Source: Novosphingobium sp. (GTDB lineage: Bacteria; Pseudomonadota; Alphaproteobacteria; Sphingomonadales; Sphingomonadaceae). From it: a stretch of DNA of 64,000 bases. This document shows, piece after piece, positions 1-8,038 of this stretch. The stretch lies in the NCBI RefSeq assembly GCF_036820275.1, contig NZ_DAISLT010000008.1, forward strand, positions 67,177 through 131,176. Direction: 5' to 3'. Position 1 is the stretch's first letter. Each line of letters opens with the position of its first letter. The position numbers and the translations under genes are program-made. Below the pieces are notes generated by a model, which saw only the letters and a program-made list of their open reading frames with translations, was not told the origin of the DNA and ran no database searches.

Positions 1-545
1 CCCTGCGAGGCCAGTTGCTGCCCAAGCCGCCCGAAAGCGCTGTCCCCCAGCAGCACGCCTGAGAGAATCGAGCCCAGCGCGCCGAGCAACTGGTTACGCG
101 AGGCCGCCTGCTGCCGCTTGGCCGAGTGGCGCGCCGCAACATGCCCCACCTCGTGCCCGAGCACGCCTGCGAGTTCCGCCTCGTTGTTCATCAAGGCCGT
201 CAACTGGCGCGTCACATAGATATAGCCGCCGGGAATCGCGAAAGCGTTGTTCACCGGCGAGTTCAACAGGGTGACGGTGAAATCGCCCTTCGCGTTGGAA
301 AGGCCGGACTGCACGGCGATGTTCTTGCCCACCTGCTCGACATAGGCGGCCTGAGGTCCTGTCACGGAACCGCCGAACTCCGACAGCAGATCGGGATGCG
401 CTTTGGCGCCCTGCTCCTTGTCGGCGCGGCTGATGGAACTGACCGTTGCCGGATAGGCCGCCGCCGCCACCGCAACTCCCGTCGCACTCGGCGCAAATGC
501 GAGCGAGGTTGCCACCGCGATCCCACTGTACTTGCGCCCCATCAT
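1..545 (-). CDS. M48 family metallopeptidase, N-terminal part (3' end lies beyond the window start)
   Basis: My own minus-strand translation starts MMGRKYSGIAVATSLAF (signal-like). It contains NAFAIPGGYIYVTRQL and the zinc motif GVLGHEVGHVAARH (HExxH). It is missing from the ORF track because it runs off the window edge. Confidence 0.8.
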   Translation of the reverse strand, partial: MMGRKYSGIAVATSLAFAPSATGVAVAAAAYPATVSSISRADKEQGAKAHPDLLSEFGGSVTGPQAAYVEQVGKNIAVQSGLSNAKGDFTVTLLNSPVNNAFAIPGGYIYVTRQLTALMNNEAELAGVLGHEVGHVAARHSAKRQQAASRNQLLGALGSILSGVLLGDSAFGRLGQQLASQ

Positions 546-626
546 TCCATTTACGAACACCGCTTTCCCCTCCGCCAAGGACGTTCCCGTTCTGCAACGG
601 GATCTGCTACCGCTTGTTCCCGCCGC

Positions 627-1499
627 TCACCCCCGCGCGAGCGGGTGGCGGGCATTCACCAACGCGACCAGACGCGCGGAATCGACATGGGTATAGATCT
701 GCGTCGTGGCGATGTCCGCATGGCCGAGCAGCATCTGCAAGACCCTGAGGTCCGCGCCGCCTTCCAGCAAGTGGGTCGCAAAAGCGTGGCGCAGCACATG
801 AGGCGAAACCCGCGTGGGATCGATTTCCGCCCGCACTGCCAATGCCCGCAACAACTGGAACAGCCGCACCCGCGTCAGATGGCCGCTCTCGCCGCTCGAC
901 GGGAACAGGAACTTCGAACTGCCGCGCCGCACCGCCAGCCAGCGCGAAAGCACCGCGCGGGCGCGTCCGCTCACTGGCACCATGCGCTGCTGCCCGCCCT
1001 TGCCGGTGACATGCAGGAACGGCGCGTCGCGCGGCACCGCCGCCAGCGGCAGGGAGACCATCTCCGTCGCGCGCAGGCCCGATCCGTAGAGCAGTTCCAA
1101 CAGCGTCAGCAGCCGCACCGCATCGGAGCGCTCGCTCGCCGCTTCGGCCTCGGCAGTGGCGAGGAAGCGCTCGACTTCCTCGTGCGACAGCAGACGCGGC
1201 AAGGGACGGCGCGTGCGCGGCTTGGGCAGCGAGCCGGAAGGGTCGTCGGCCCGCAGTCCCTCGTCCACCAGAAAGCCGTAGAATTGCCGAAGCGCCGAGC
1301 AGCGACGGGCGAGACTGGACGCGGCAAGCATGTCCCAAGCCTCTCCCAGCGCCGCGAGTGCATCGCCGTCGGCTGCGGCGAGATCACCGAGTTCCTCCTC
1401 CGCCGCCGCGAGATCGCGCCGATAAGCCGCCAGCGTGTTCGCCGCCGCGCCGCGCTCGGCCGCCAGCATCGCCAGAAACCGCTCGGCGTGGTCCGCCAT
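627..1499 (-). CDS. xerD: site-specific tyrosine recombinase XerD
   Basis: 290 aa. The N-terminus FLAMLAAERGAAANTLAAYRRDL and the C-terminal catalytic region HVLRHAFATHLLEGGADLRVLQMLLGHADIATTQIYTHV are typical Xer motifs. Confidence 0.9.
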   Translation of the reverse strand: MADHAERFLAMLAAERGAAANTLAAYRRDLAAAEEELGDLAAADGDALAALGEAWDMLAASSLARRCSALRQFYGFLVDEGLRADDPSGSLPKPRTRRPLPRLLSHEEVERFLATAEAEAASERSDAVRLLTLLELLYGSGLRATEMVSLPLAAVPRDAPFLHVTGKGGQQRMVPVSGRARAVLSRWLAVRRGSSKFLFPSSGESGHLTRVRLFQLLRALAVRAEIDPTRVSPHVLRHAFATHLLEGGADLRVLQMLLGHADIATTQIYTHVDSARLVALVNARHPLARG

Positions 1500-1504
1500 G
1501 GAAC

Positions 1505-3391
1505 TCAGGCCCGCGCCACCGCTTCCGCTGCGATCATCCGCGCTTCCGCATCAAGACCGACCGTGCGCAGCGCCGAAACGATGTGGTAGAGATAGCGCGG
1601 CGTCATGCGTTGCCAGCTGCTACCCTGCATGCCGAGTCCCGCCAGCATCGCCACGCTGGCGGCATCGCCGTCCCGCGCGGCCCGCTCGATCGCGGTGGTG
1701 AAGCGGGTGGCGCTGTCCAGCTGCATGCCCCACTCGTTCGAATAGCGCGTGGCCGCGCCCTCATCGATGCGGCCTAGCCCGGCGAGGCCTGCGACAAGGA
1801 AGGCACTCTTGCGCTTGTTCTGGCTTTCGTCGTCGCCGTAATAGCTATCGACCGCGCCGGTATCCACGCTGCGAATGCGTCCCGGCGCCGCCAGGGTCAG
1901 CAGCCCCCAGCCCTGGCTGCCCGAAGGCACGATCGGCGACCAGGCCAGCGCATTGGTGTCGTAGCCCGCCGCAAGCATCGAGGCGATCAGCGCACCGGCG
2001 TCGCCCGCCAGATCCTTGCTCGGCGCGATGCGCGCGGCAGCAGCGGCGGTCAGCACCTGCCGGGCATAACTAGCCTGCGCGCCGCCTGCGCCCGTCCACA
2101 GGCTCTGCATCGCCGAAATGCGGCCTGCGGGCGATTCGAGACCATAGGCATCGCGCAGGGTTTCCGCCCGCTTCTGCCAGTCGCCGGTCACGTCGGGATC
2201 GGCATAGAGCTGCGCGTAGAGATCGACCATGGCCGCATTGGACAGCACGCCCGTCGCCCCCGCCCGGTCGGCGGCGGCAGCGCGGCGGGACAGCCCAACC
2301 ATCGGCGCCAGCGCGGTGATGCTGTCGTAGGCGGGGCCGGCGCCGACCATGGCGCTCTCCGGCGGGTTCAGGCCGACGCCGATGGCAAGGCCGTAGCGCC
2401 AGGGCGTCATCGTATCGACGCCGTCCCACTCGATCGTCACGGCCTTGCGCGAACGTCCGGCAGCGCCCGCATATTTCTGCGCGAGCAGGGAATCGATGCG
2501 CGGCATCTTCCCGCTGACACGCGCCTTCTCCAGCCGCGAGAGCGCCGCAGCGCCGCTACCGCGGAAGGCATCGCAGATCGACTGGGCCGCACTCCACTCT
2601 ATGCCCGAACCTTGCACACCCTGAATCGAGAGCACCGGGCACATGCCGGTGAAATCCGCCGTGCGCTGATAGATGTCGAACGCCTCGCGGGTAATGTCCG
2701 GCGTGAAGTTCGAGATATCGAGGCCCTGCATCACCGCGCGCGCGGCGTCGTTCTCGCCCATGCGAATCAGCAGGCCGACGCGCAGCGCCAGGAACTGCTG
2801 CGGGCTCATCCCCGCCGGAGCCTGAAGGCGTGAGGCGAGCGCGCGGCGCAGCAGGATATGGCCCCAGCGCGAAACCAGCGTGCCGCGATTGGCGGCCAGC
2901 GCGGTCTGCACCAGATAGGGGTTCTGCGTGGCGAGCGAGCCTGCCGCCATGCCGCCCTCGCTCTCGTCGACGAGGCCGATATCCTCCATCGAGCGGCGAG
3001 CGCCGGCGGGCATGTCGAGGTTGAGCTTGTCGGTGAGCAGCTGCTCGAAGTCCTCGGGCGACATGCCCTGAAGCTCTTCGAGCGTCGGCATGCGCTTCAG
3101 CGTGCTCTTGCCGGCGGCATCGACGGTCACGAAGGAATCCGGCGTGAAGCTCGGCACCGCCGTCGGCAGAGGCTGGATCACCGGCGTGGAAACGCTGGTG
3201 GTTGCCGGACGGGAAGCTGCCGAACCGCCGGTCGCCGCCGGACGGCTGGGCGCAGGCGTTGGGGTCGGCGTCGGCTCGTCGAACATCTTCGGCAGCAGCG
3301 ATTCCGGCGCGTCCTGCGCCACCGCCCATGCCGAAGTCAGCGCCAGCGAGGCGCCCACCAGCAGATGCCATGTCCTGATACGCACGGTCAT
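1505..3391 (-). CDS. secreted hypothetical protein (signal peptide, Pro/Thr/Ser-rich linker, large uncharacterised domain)
   Basis: The long ORF is trimmed to MTVRIRTWHLLVGASLALTSAWAVAQ (signal peptide, ATG at 3391). It ends 5 nt upstream of xerD. I recognise no catalytic motif. Confidence 0.7.
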   Translation of the reverse strand: MTVRIRTWHLLVGASLALTSAWAVAQDAPESLLPKMFDEPTPTPTPAPSRPAATGGSAASRPATTSVSTPVIQPLPTAVPSFTPDSFVTVDAAGKSTLKRMPTLEELQGMSPEDFEQLLTDKLNLDMPAGARRSMEDIGLVDESEGGMAAGSLATQNPYLVQTALAANRGTLVSRWGHILLRRALASRLQAPAGMSPQQFLALRVGLLIRMGENDAARAVMQGLDISNFTPDITREAFDIYQRTADFTGMCPVLSIQGVQGSGIEWSAAQSICDAFRGSGAAALSRLEKARVSGKMPRIDSLLAQKYAGAAGRSRKAVTIEWDGVDTMTPWRYGLAIGVGLNPPESAMVGAGPAYDSITALAPMVGLSRRAAAADRAGATGVLSNAAMVDLYAQLYADPDVTGDWQKRAETLRDAYGLESPAGRISAMQSLWTGAGGAQASYARQVLTAAAAARIAPSKDLAGDAGALIASMLAAGYDTNALAWSPIVPSGSQGWGLLTLAAPGRIRSVDTGAVDSYYGDDESQNKRKSAFLVAGLAGLGRIDEGAATRYSNEWGMQLDSATRFTTAIERAARDGDAASVAMLAGLGMQGSSWQRMTPRYLYHIVSALRTVGLDAEARMIAAEAVARA

Positions 3392-3604
3392 TGCGGCAAC
3401 TCCGGCACCGGAACCGGCTGGACGATATCGCGCACCGGCGAACGGCCGCCGTTCGTCCAAGCCCAAATCAACACCGCAATCGCCAGCAGGACGATGGAAA
3501 CGGCAGCCACGCCTGAGAACTTGCGCCTGCGTTTTGGTATCGTCACTCGCCTTCCTTCACCGATGCTTGCGCTGCGACCTAGCGCAACTATAGGCGATGG
3601 AGCA

Positions 3605-4192
3605 ATGGACGTTCAACAGACCCGGTTTTCCGCGCAGGAAATTGCCGCGCTCGCGCGGCGCATCGACCGCCCCATCGTTCTGGTCGGAATGATGGGCGTG
3701 GGCAAATCGAGCGTGGGCAAGCGCCTCGCCACCCTGCTGGACTGTCCTTTCGTCGACGCCGACGAGGAAATCGAGCGCTCCGCGCAGATGTCGATCCCCG
3801 AGATTTTCGAGACTTACGGCGAGTCCTATTTCCGCGACGGGGAACGCCGGGTCATCTCCCGCCTGATCGATTCCGGAGGCGAACCGAAAGTAGGACCCTG
3901 CGTGATCGCGACCGGCGGCGGCGCCTTCTGCAACGAAGTGACGCGGCAACTGATTCTCGAAAAGGCGATCACCGTCTGGCTCGACAGCGAAGTCGAAACC
4001 CTGGTCGAACGCACGGCGCGCAAGGACAACCGCCCGCTGCTGCAAGGCGGAGACCCTAGGGAAATTCTCACACGGCTGCGCGAGGACCGGAGGCAGCACT
4101 ATTCGCTGGCCCCGATTCATGTGATGAGTCACAGCGGCCCGCACGTCCAGACGATCAACAAGGTGCTTCAGGGAATTTCGCAATGGCTGTAA
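3605..4192 (+). CDS. aroK: shikimate kinase
   Basis: MDVQQ... contains the Walker A motif VLVGMMGVGKSSVGKRLA and FRDGERRVISRL. It is in frame inside the 2858..4192 ORF, with the ATG at 3605. Confidence 0.9.
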   Translation: MDVQQTRFSAQEIAALARRIDRPIVLVGMMGVGKSSVGKRLATLLDCPFVDADEEIERSAQMSIPEIFETYGESYFRDGERRVISRLIDSGGEPKVGPCVIATGGGAFCNEVTRQLILEKAITVWLDSEVETLVERTARKDNRPLLQGGDPREILTRLREDRRQHYSLAPIHVMSHSGPHVQTINKVLQGISQWL

Positions 4193-5292
4193 TCCCCGTC
4201 GATATCGCAGGCCGCCCCTACGAAGTGCGCGTCGGCGCCGGACTGCTCGCGGAACTGGTGCCGCAGTGCCGGGGCCGCCTGCGCAAGCGCGGCGTGCCGA
4301 TCATCACCGACACCAACGTCCATGCCGCCTGGGGCGAAGTGGTCGAGGCCAGCCTGCGCGACAACGGTCACGAGCCGCACTGGCGCATTCTCCCCCCCGG
4401 CGAGGCCACCAAGTCGTGGGACGAACTGGCGGCCACGGTGAACTGGCTGCTTTCGCTCGAAGTGGAGCGCGGCGACCATATCATCGCGCTGGGCGGCGGC
4501 GTCATCGGCGATCTCACCGGCTTCTGCGCCTCGGTGCTCAAGCGCGGCTGCAAGTTCATCCAGGTGCCGACCACCCTGCTCGCCCAGGTCGATTCGAGCG
4601 TCGGCGGCAAGACCGCGATCAACACGCCCGCCGGCAAGAACCTTGTCGGCGCGTTTCACCAGCCCTCGCTGGTGCTGGCCGACCTTTCGGCGCTGGAAAC
4701 CCTGCCCGAGCGCGACCTTCTGGCGGGCTATGCCGAAGTGGTGAAGTACGGCCTCATCGACGATGCCGACTTCTTCGCCTGGTGCGATACCAATGCCGCC
4801 GCGATGCTCGCGGGCGACAGCCAACTGCGCGAATATGCCGTCGCCCATTCGGTGGCGAGCAAGGCGCGGATCGTCGCGGAAGACGAGTTCGAGACCACCG
4901 GCAAGCGCGCCCTGCTCAACCTCGGCCATACTTTCGGCCATGCGCTGGAGGCCGAAACCGGCTTCTCCACGCGCCTGCTCCACGGCGAGGCGGTGGCGCT
5001 CGGCATGGTGCTGGCCGCGCGCTACTCCGCCCACCGCGAACTGATGCCGCGCGCCAGCGCCGAGCACATCGCCCGCCACATCGGCGAGATCGGCCTGCCC
5101 GCCAGCCTCAAGGCCCTCGATCTGGACTGCGACGGCGCCCGCCTCGTCGAGCATATGCTGCACGACAAGAAGATGGACGCCGGCACCCTGCCCTTCCTGC
5201 TGCTCAAGGGAATCGGCCAGACCTACCTCGACAAGCAGGTCTCGCTCGACGACGTCGCCGCGTTCCTCAACGAGGAACTGGCGCGAGACTGA
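4183..5292 (+). CDS. aroB: 3-dehydroquinate synthase
   Basis: 369 aa with GGGVIGDLTGFCA, VPTTLLAQVDSSVGGKTAIN and LNLGHTFGHALE. It overlaps aroK by 10 nt. Confidence 0.95.
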   Translation: MAVIPVDIAGRPYEVRVGAGLLAELVPQCRGRLRKRGVPIITDTNVHAAWGEVVEASLRDNGHEPHWRILPPGEATKSWDELAATVNWLLSLEVERGDHIIALGGGVIGDLTGFCASVLKRGCKFIQVPTTLLAQVDSSVGGKTAINTPAGKNLVGAFHQPSLVLADLSALETLPERDLLAGYAEVVKYGLIDDADFFAWCDTNAAAMLAGDSQLREYAVAHSVASKARIVAEDEFETTGKRALLNLGHTFGHALEAETGFSTRLLHGEAVALGMVLAARYSAHRELMPRASAEHIARHIGEIGLPASLKALDLDCDGARLVEHMLHDKKMDAGTLPFLLLKGIGQTYLDKQVSLDDVAAFLNEELARD

Positions 5293-5304
5293 CGCCCCCT
5301 ATCG

Positions 5305-5337
5305 CCTGTCATTCTGAACGCTTTTCAGGATGACAGG
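5305..5337. repeat. hairpin repeat unit (GTCAT(T/C)CTGAA-loop-TTCAGGATGAC family)
   Basis: cctgtcattctgaa cgctt ttcaggatgacagg forms 14-bp arms with one mismatch, 13 nt after the aroB stop. Related units lie at 10192-10220, 53395-53427 and 53501-53533. Confidence 0.7.
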
Positions 5338-5538
5338 CCGTCAGCGATAAAGCTGCCGAAATACCGGTATCTCCTTATCGCACAGGGTAAAATTCCGACG
5401 CGCCGTGCCCTGCATGCGGCATATTCGGCAACGAGTCGCCCTTGCTCCGCGTTTTCCCACCATTCCTTCCATGAAATTTGGGCATGGAATTTGGCGCCGA
5501 TCGCAGAACCTTTCACGAGGTCCGGGGGCGTACGGGAA

Positions 5539-5575
5539 GGCGACAGGTCGATCGGGTCTGTCGCCTTTTCCGTTT
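5539..5575 (+). terminator. intrinsic terminator-like hairpin with T-tract (orphan position)
   Basis: ggcgacag-N11-ctgtcgcc is followed by ttttccgttt. It lies about 250 nt after the aroB stop and about 120 nt before the transporter start. Confidence 0.55.
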
Positions 5576-5693
5576 GAATATTTGCGCTTAGCTGCAATCC
5601 TTAGGCGCAAACCTTTGCCCAACGTGACATTTCCGTGACCCGTCACTATGCTGCGCGCTTGGATAACAAAAGTACCGGGTCGCACCTGACGCC

Positions 5694-7088
5694 ATGACAC
5701 TTTCCGAAGCTACTCCCGAACTCGATTTTCCCGAAGAAATCGAGCGGAACGACCGCGCATTCCTGGGCCATCCCAAGGGTCTGGGCTACCTCTCCTTCGT
5801 GGAAGGCTGCGAGCGCTTTTCGTACTATTCGATGCAGACGCTGCTCGTGCTCTACATGGTCAAGTATCTGCTTCTGCCGGAGAATATCGGCAAGGTCGTA
5901 GGTCTGTCGTGGCTGCGCGGCTGGCACTATGCCGGTCTCGACGGGCAACCGCTCGCCTCGGCGATCTTCGGCGACTACACATCGCTCGTCTATCTGACCC
6001 CGATCCTCGGCGGCATCGTGGCGGACCGCTGGCTCGGCCGCAAGGCAACGCTGATCGCGGGCGCGGTGGTCATGTCGCTCGGCCACTTCCTCATGGCTTT
6101 CGAGGGCATGTTCCTGCTGGCGCTGGTGTCGCTGGTCGTCGGCGTCGGCCTGTTCAAGGGCAACATCGCCAGCCAGGTCGGCGAACTCTACAAGCCCGGC
6201 GACCTGCGCCGCGCCATGGCGTTCCAGATCTTCTACATCGCCATCAACGTCTCGGTGATCGCCGCACCGCTGATCGCCGGTACGCTGGGCGAGAAAGTCG
6301 GCTGGCACTACGGCTTCGGCACCGCCGGGATCGTCATGGTGCTCGGCCTGATCATCTACCTCAAGGCCGGACACTGGCTCCCCGCCGACAACCGCGCACC
6401 CAAGGGTGAAAAGGCCCCGAAGATCCGCCTGACCCGCTCCGACTGGCCCCGCCTCGGCGCCCTTGCGGTGTTGGTGCCGGTGCTCGCCGTCGCGATGATG
6501 AGCAACCAGGAGATCTTCAACGCCTACCTCGTCTGGGCGGACGACAAGTTCCAGCTGACCTTCTTCGGCGACACCCTGCCGACAAGCTGGATGATCACCG
6601 TCGATGCCACCCTCAGCTTCTCGATGCTGGTGGTCGTGGCAGCCTTCTGGAAGTGGTATTCCGCCCGCACCGGCCGCGAGCCCGACGAACTCGGCAAGAT
6701 GATCATCGGCTCGGTCTTCAGCATGATGGGCGGCATGTGCCTGGTGATCGCCGCCGCGACCGCCGGAAACGCGAAGATCGGCCTGTTCTGGCCGGTGATG
6801 TTCCACTTCTTCAACTCGATCGGCTTCGCGCACATCATGCCGGTCAGCCTGGCGCTGTTCACCAAGGTCGCCCCACGCCCGCTCAATGCGACGGTCGTGG
6901 GCATCTACTATCTGGCATTCTTCGGCGCGAACAAGATCGTTGGCGAAGTGGGCGGCTGGTATTCCTCGATGGATACCGTGTCGTTCTGGCTGCTCCACGT
7001 TGCATCCGCCGCCGTGGGCCTGATCGCCTTCGCGGCGTTCAAGATCGCGCTGGGCAAGACCCTCGCGGGTGAGACGGCTCCGGCCTAA
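5694..7088 (+). CDS. proton-dependent oligopeptide transporter (POT/PTR2 family, DtpT-like)
   Basis: 464 aa and polytopic. It carries the POT signatures GHPKGLGYLSFVEGCERFSYYSMQTLLVLY and GGIVADRWLGRKATL. Confidence 0.9.
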   Translation: MTLSEATPELDFPEEIERNDRAFLGHPKGLGYLSFVEGCERFSYYSMQTLLVLYMVKYLLLPENIGKVVGLSWLRGWHYAGLDGQPLASAIFGDYTSLVYLTPILGGIVADRWLGRKATLIAGAVVMSLGHFLMAFEGMFLLALVSLVVGVGLFKGNIASQVGELYKPGDLRRAMAFQIFYIAINVSVIAAPLIAGTLGEKVGWHYGFGTAGIVMVLGLIIYLKAGHWLPADNRAPKGEKAPKIRLTRSDWPRLGALAVLVPVLAVAMMSNQEIFNAYLVWADDKFQLTFFGDTLPTSWMITVDATLSFSMLVVVAAFWKWYSARTGREPDELGKMIIGSVFSMMGGMCLVIAAATAGNAKIGLFWPVMFHFFNSIGFAHIMPVSLALFTKVAPRPLNATVVGIYYLAFFGANKIVGEVGGWYSSMDTVSFWLLHVASAAVGLIAFAAFKIALGKTLAGETAPA

Positions 7089-7103
7089 AAGGCACCCACC
7101 TGC

Positions 7104-7181
7104 TTCGTCATTGCGGGCGTAGCGAAGTAATTCAGAGGCTTCCGGATTGCTTCGCTCGCTTCACTTCCTCGCAATGACGAG
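7104..7181. repeat. imperfect palindromic repeat of the GTCATTGCGAGCGTAGCGAAGCAATCC family
   Basis: The arms are cttcgtcattgcgggcgtagcgaagtaattcagag ... ggattgcttcgctcgcttcacttcctcgcaatgacgagg. It sits between the convergent transporter and thioesterase genes and resembles the perfect copy at 58566-58647. Confidence 0.7.
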
Positions 7182-7196
7182 GTGAAGCCGGCTTTC

Positions 7197-7985
7197 TCAG
7201 CCAAACACCGCAACCGACTGCATGCCCGCGAGTACCGGCCTGCCCGCAGCATTCCACTGCAGGATATGCTCGCTCGCTCCGCCATCCCGCGCGAATTCGC
7301 TGGTGGAGCGCAGCAGCCACCAGCCGTCTGCGGTCGTCGGCGCAGGTTCCAGCATGTTGACGTGCCAGTGCATAGAACTGATCGGCACGCGGAAATCGAG
7401 CAGCGGCAACACCGCCGTCGGCAAGGCATCGCCGATCAGCACGGCCTCCAGCGCGGGATCGAGACCCTCACGCTGCTTGAGCCGAACCCACCAGCACAAG
7501 TCCGCCTCACCCAGCGCCGATTTGGGCAGCGCAAAACGCGCATCGAAGTTCTCGCGGAGAAATGCGGGCGCATGATCCATGGGCACCGGCTTGGCATCGG
7601 CCACCGGGTTCACGCCTTCCGGCATCGGATAGCCCGCAATATCCGCCGCGCTCTCGATCTGGCGCATGAACACGAAGCTTGCGGTGAAGCCCACACCCTT
7701 CTCGTTAGACAGTTCCGCGGCGACCCAGGTCGCATTGCGCCCCTTGCGCACGATCCTCGCCCGCGCCTCCACCCGCCCGGCCAGCGGCGCGATCATCGCG
7801 AACTGACCGGAGCGTAGCGGCGGCAAATCCGGATCGAGACGCTGTGCCGCCGCCAGCGCAAGTGCCGAGGTCAGGCCGCCATAAGCGGTGCGGCCCTGAA
7901 GCCAGTCGTCGGTGATATCGAAAGCGAACCCGCCATCGATCGCCTCCGCAGCGGCAAGACGCGCGGCAAAACCTGTCATCGGCAA
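7197..7985 (-). CDS. acyl-CoA thioesterase family protein (TesB-like double hotdog)
   Basis: 262 aa. The call rests on TAYGGLTSALALAAA and overall resemblance to thioesterase-like proteins. It is the last gene of the methylmalonyl block. Confidence 0.7.
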   Translation of the reverse strand: MPMTGFAARLAAAEAIDGGFAFDITDDWLQGRTAYGGLTSALALAAAQRLDPDLPPLRSGQFAMIAPLAGRVEARARIVRKGRNATWVAAELSNEKGVGFTASFVFMRQIESAADIAGYPMPEGVNPVADAKPVPMDHAPAFLRENFDARFALPKSALGEADLCWWVRLKQREGLDPALEAVLIGDALPTAVLPLLDFRVPISSMHWHVNMLEPAPTTADGWWLLRSTSEFARDGGASEHILQWNAAGRPVLAGMQSVAVFG

Positions 7986-8038
7986 GACCTCAATTCATCG
8001 GGAACGCGGCTCTCCGGCTGAAGGAGAGCCGCGAAGCA

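Noticed and set aside
126-1589. 487-aa plus-strand ORF, plus 94-597 on the minus strand, at the window start
   Set aside because: The real genes here are the edge-truncated M48 peptidase (HEVGH motif, a minus-strand frame that is not in the ORF track) and xerD. The listed ORFs are alternative or antisense frames without motifs.
3440-3454. LexA/SOS box in the aroK divergent promoter region (GAACGGCCGCCGTTC)
   Set aside because: The alphaproteobacterial SOS box is a direct repeat (GTTC-N7-GTTC). This is an inverted GAAC-N7-GTTC and is GC-rich, so it is more likely an incidental hairpin.
5325-5597. 90-aa minus-strand ORF (TTG start) and 77-aa plus-strand ORF (5405-5638) in the aroB-transporter spacer
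   Set aside because: Neither has a Shine-Dalgarno sequence. Third-position GC is only about 60%, which is atypical for genes here. The ORFs span a terminator hairpin and no motif is recognisable. I treat the region as non-coding (see the orphan-terminator finding).
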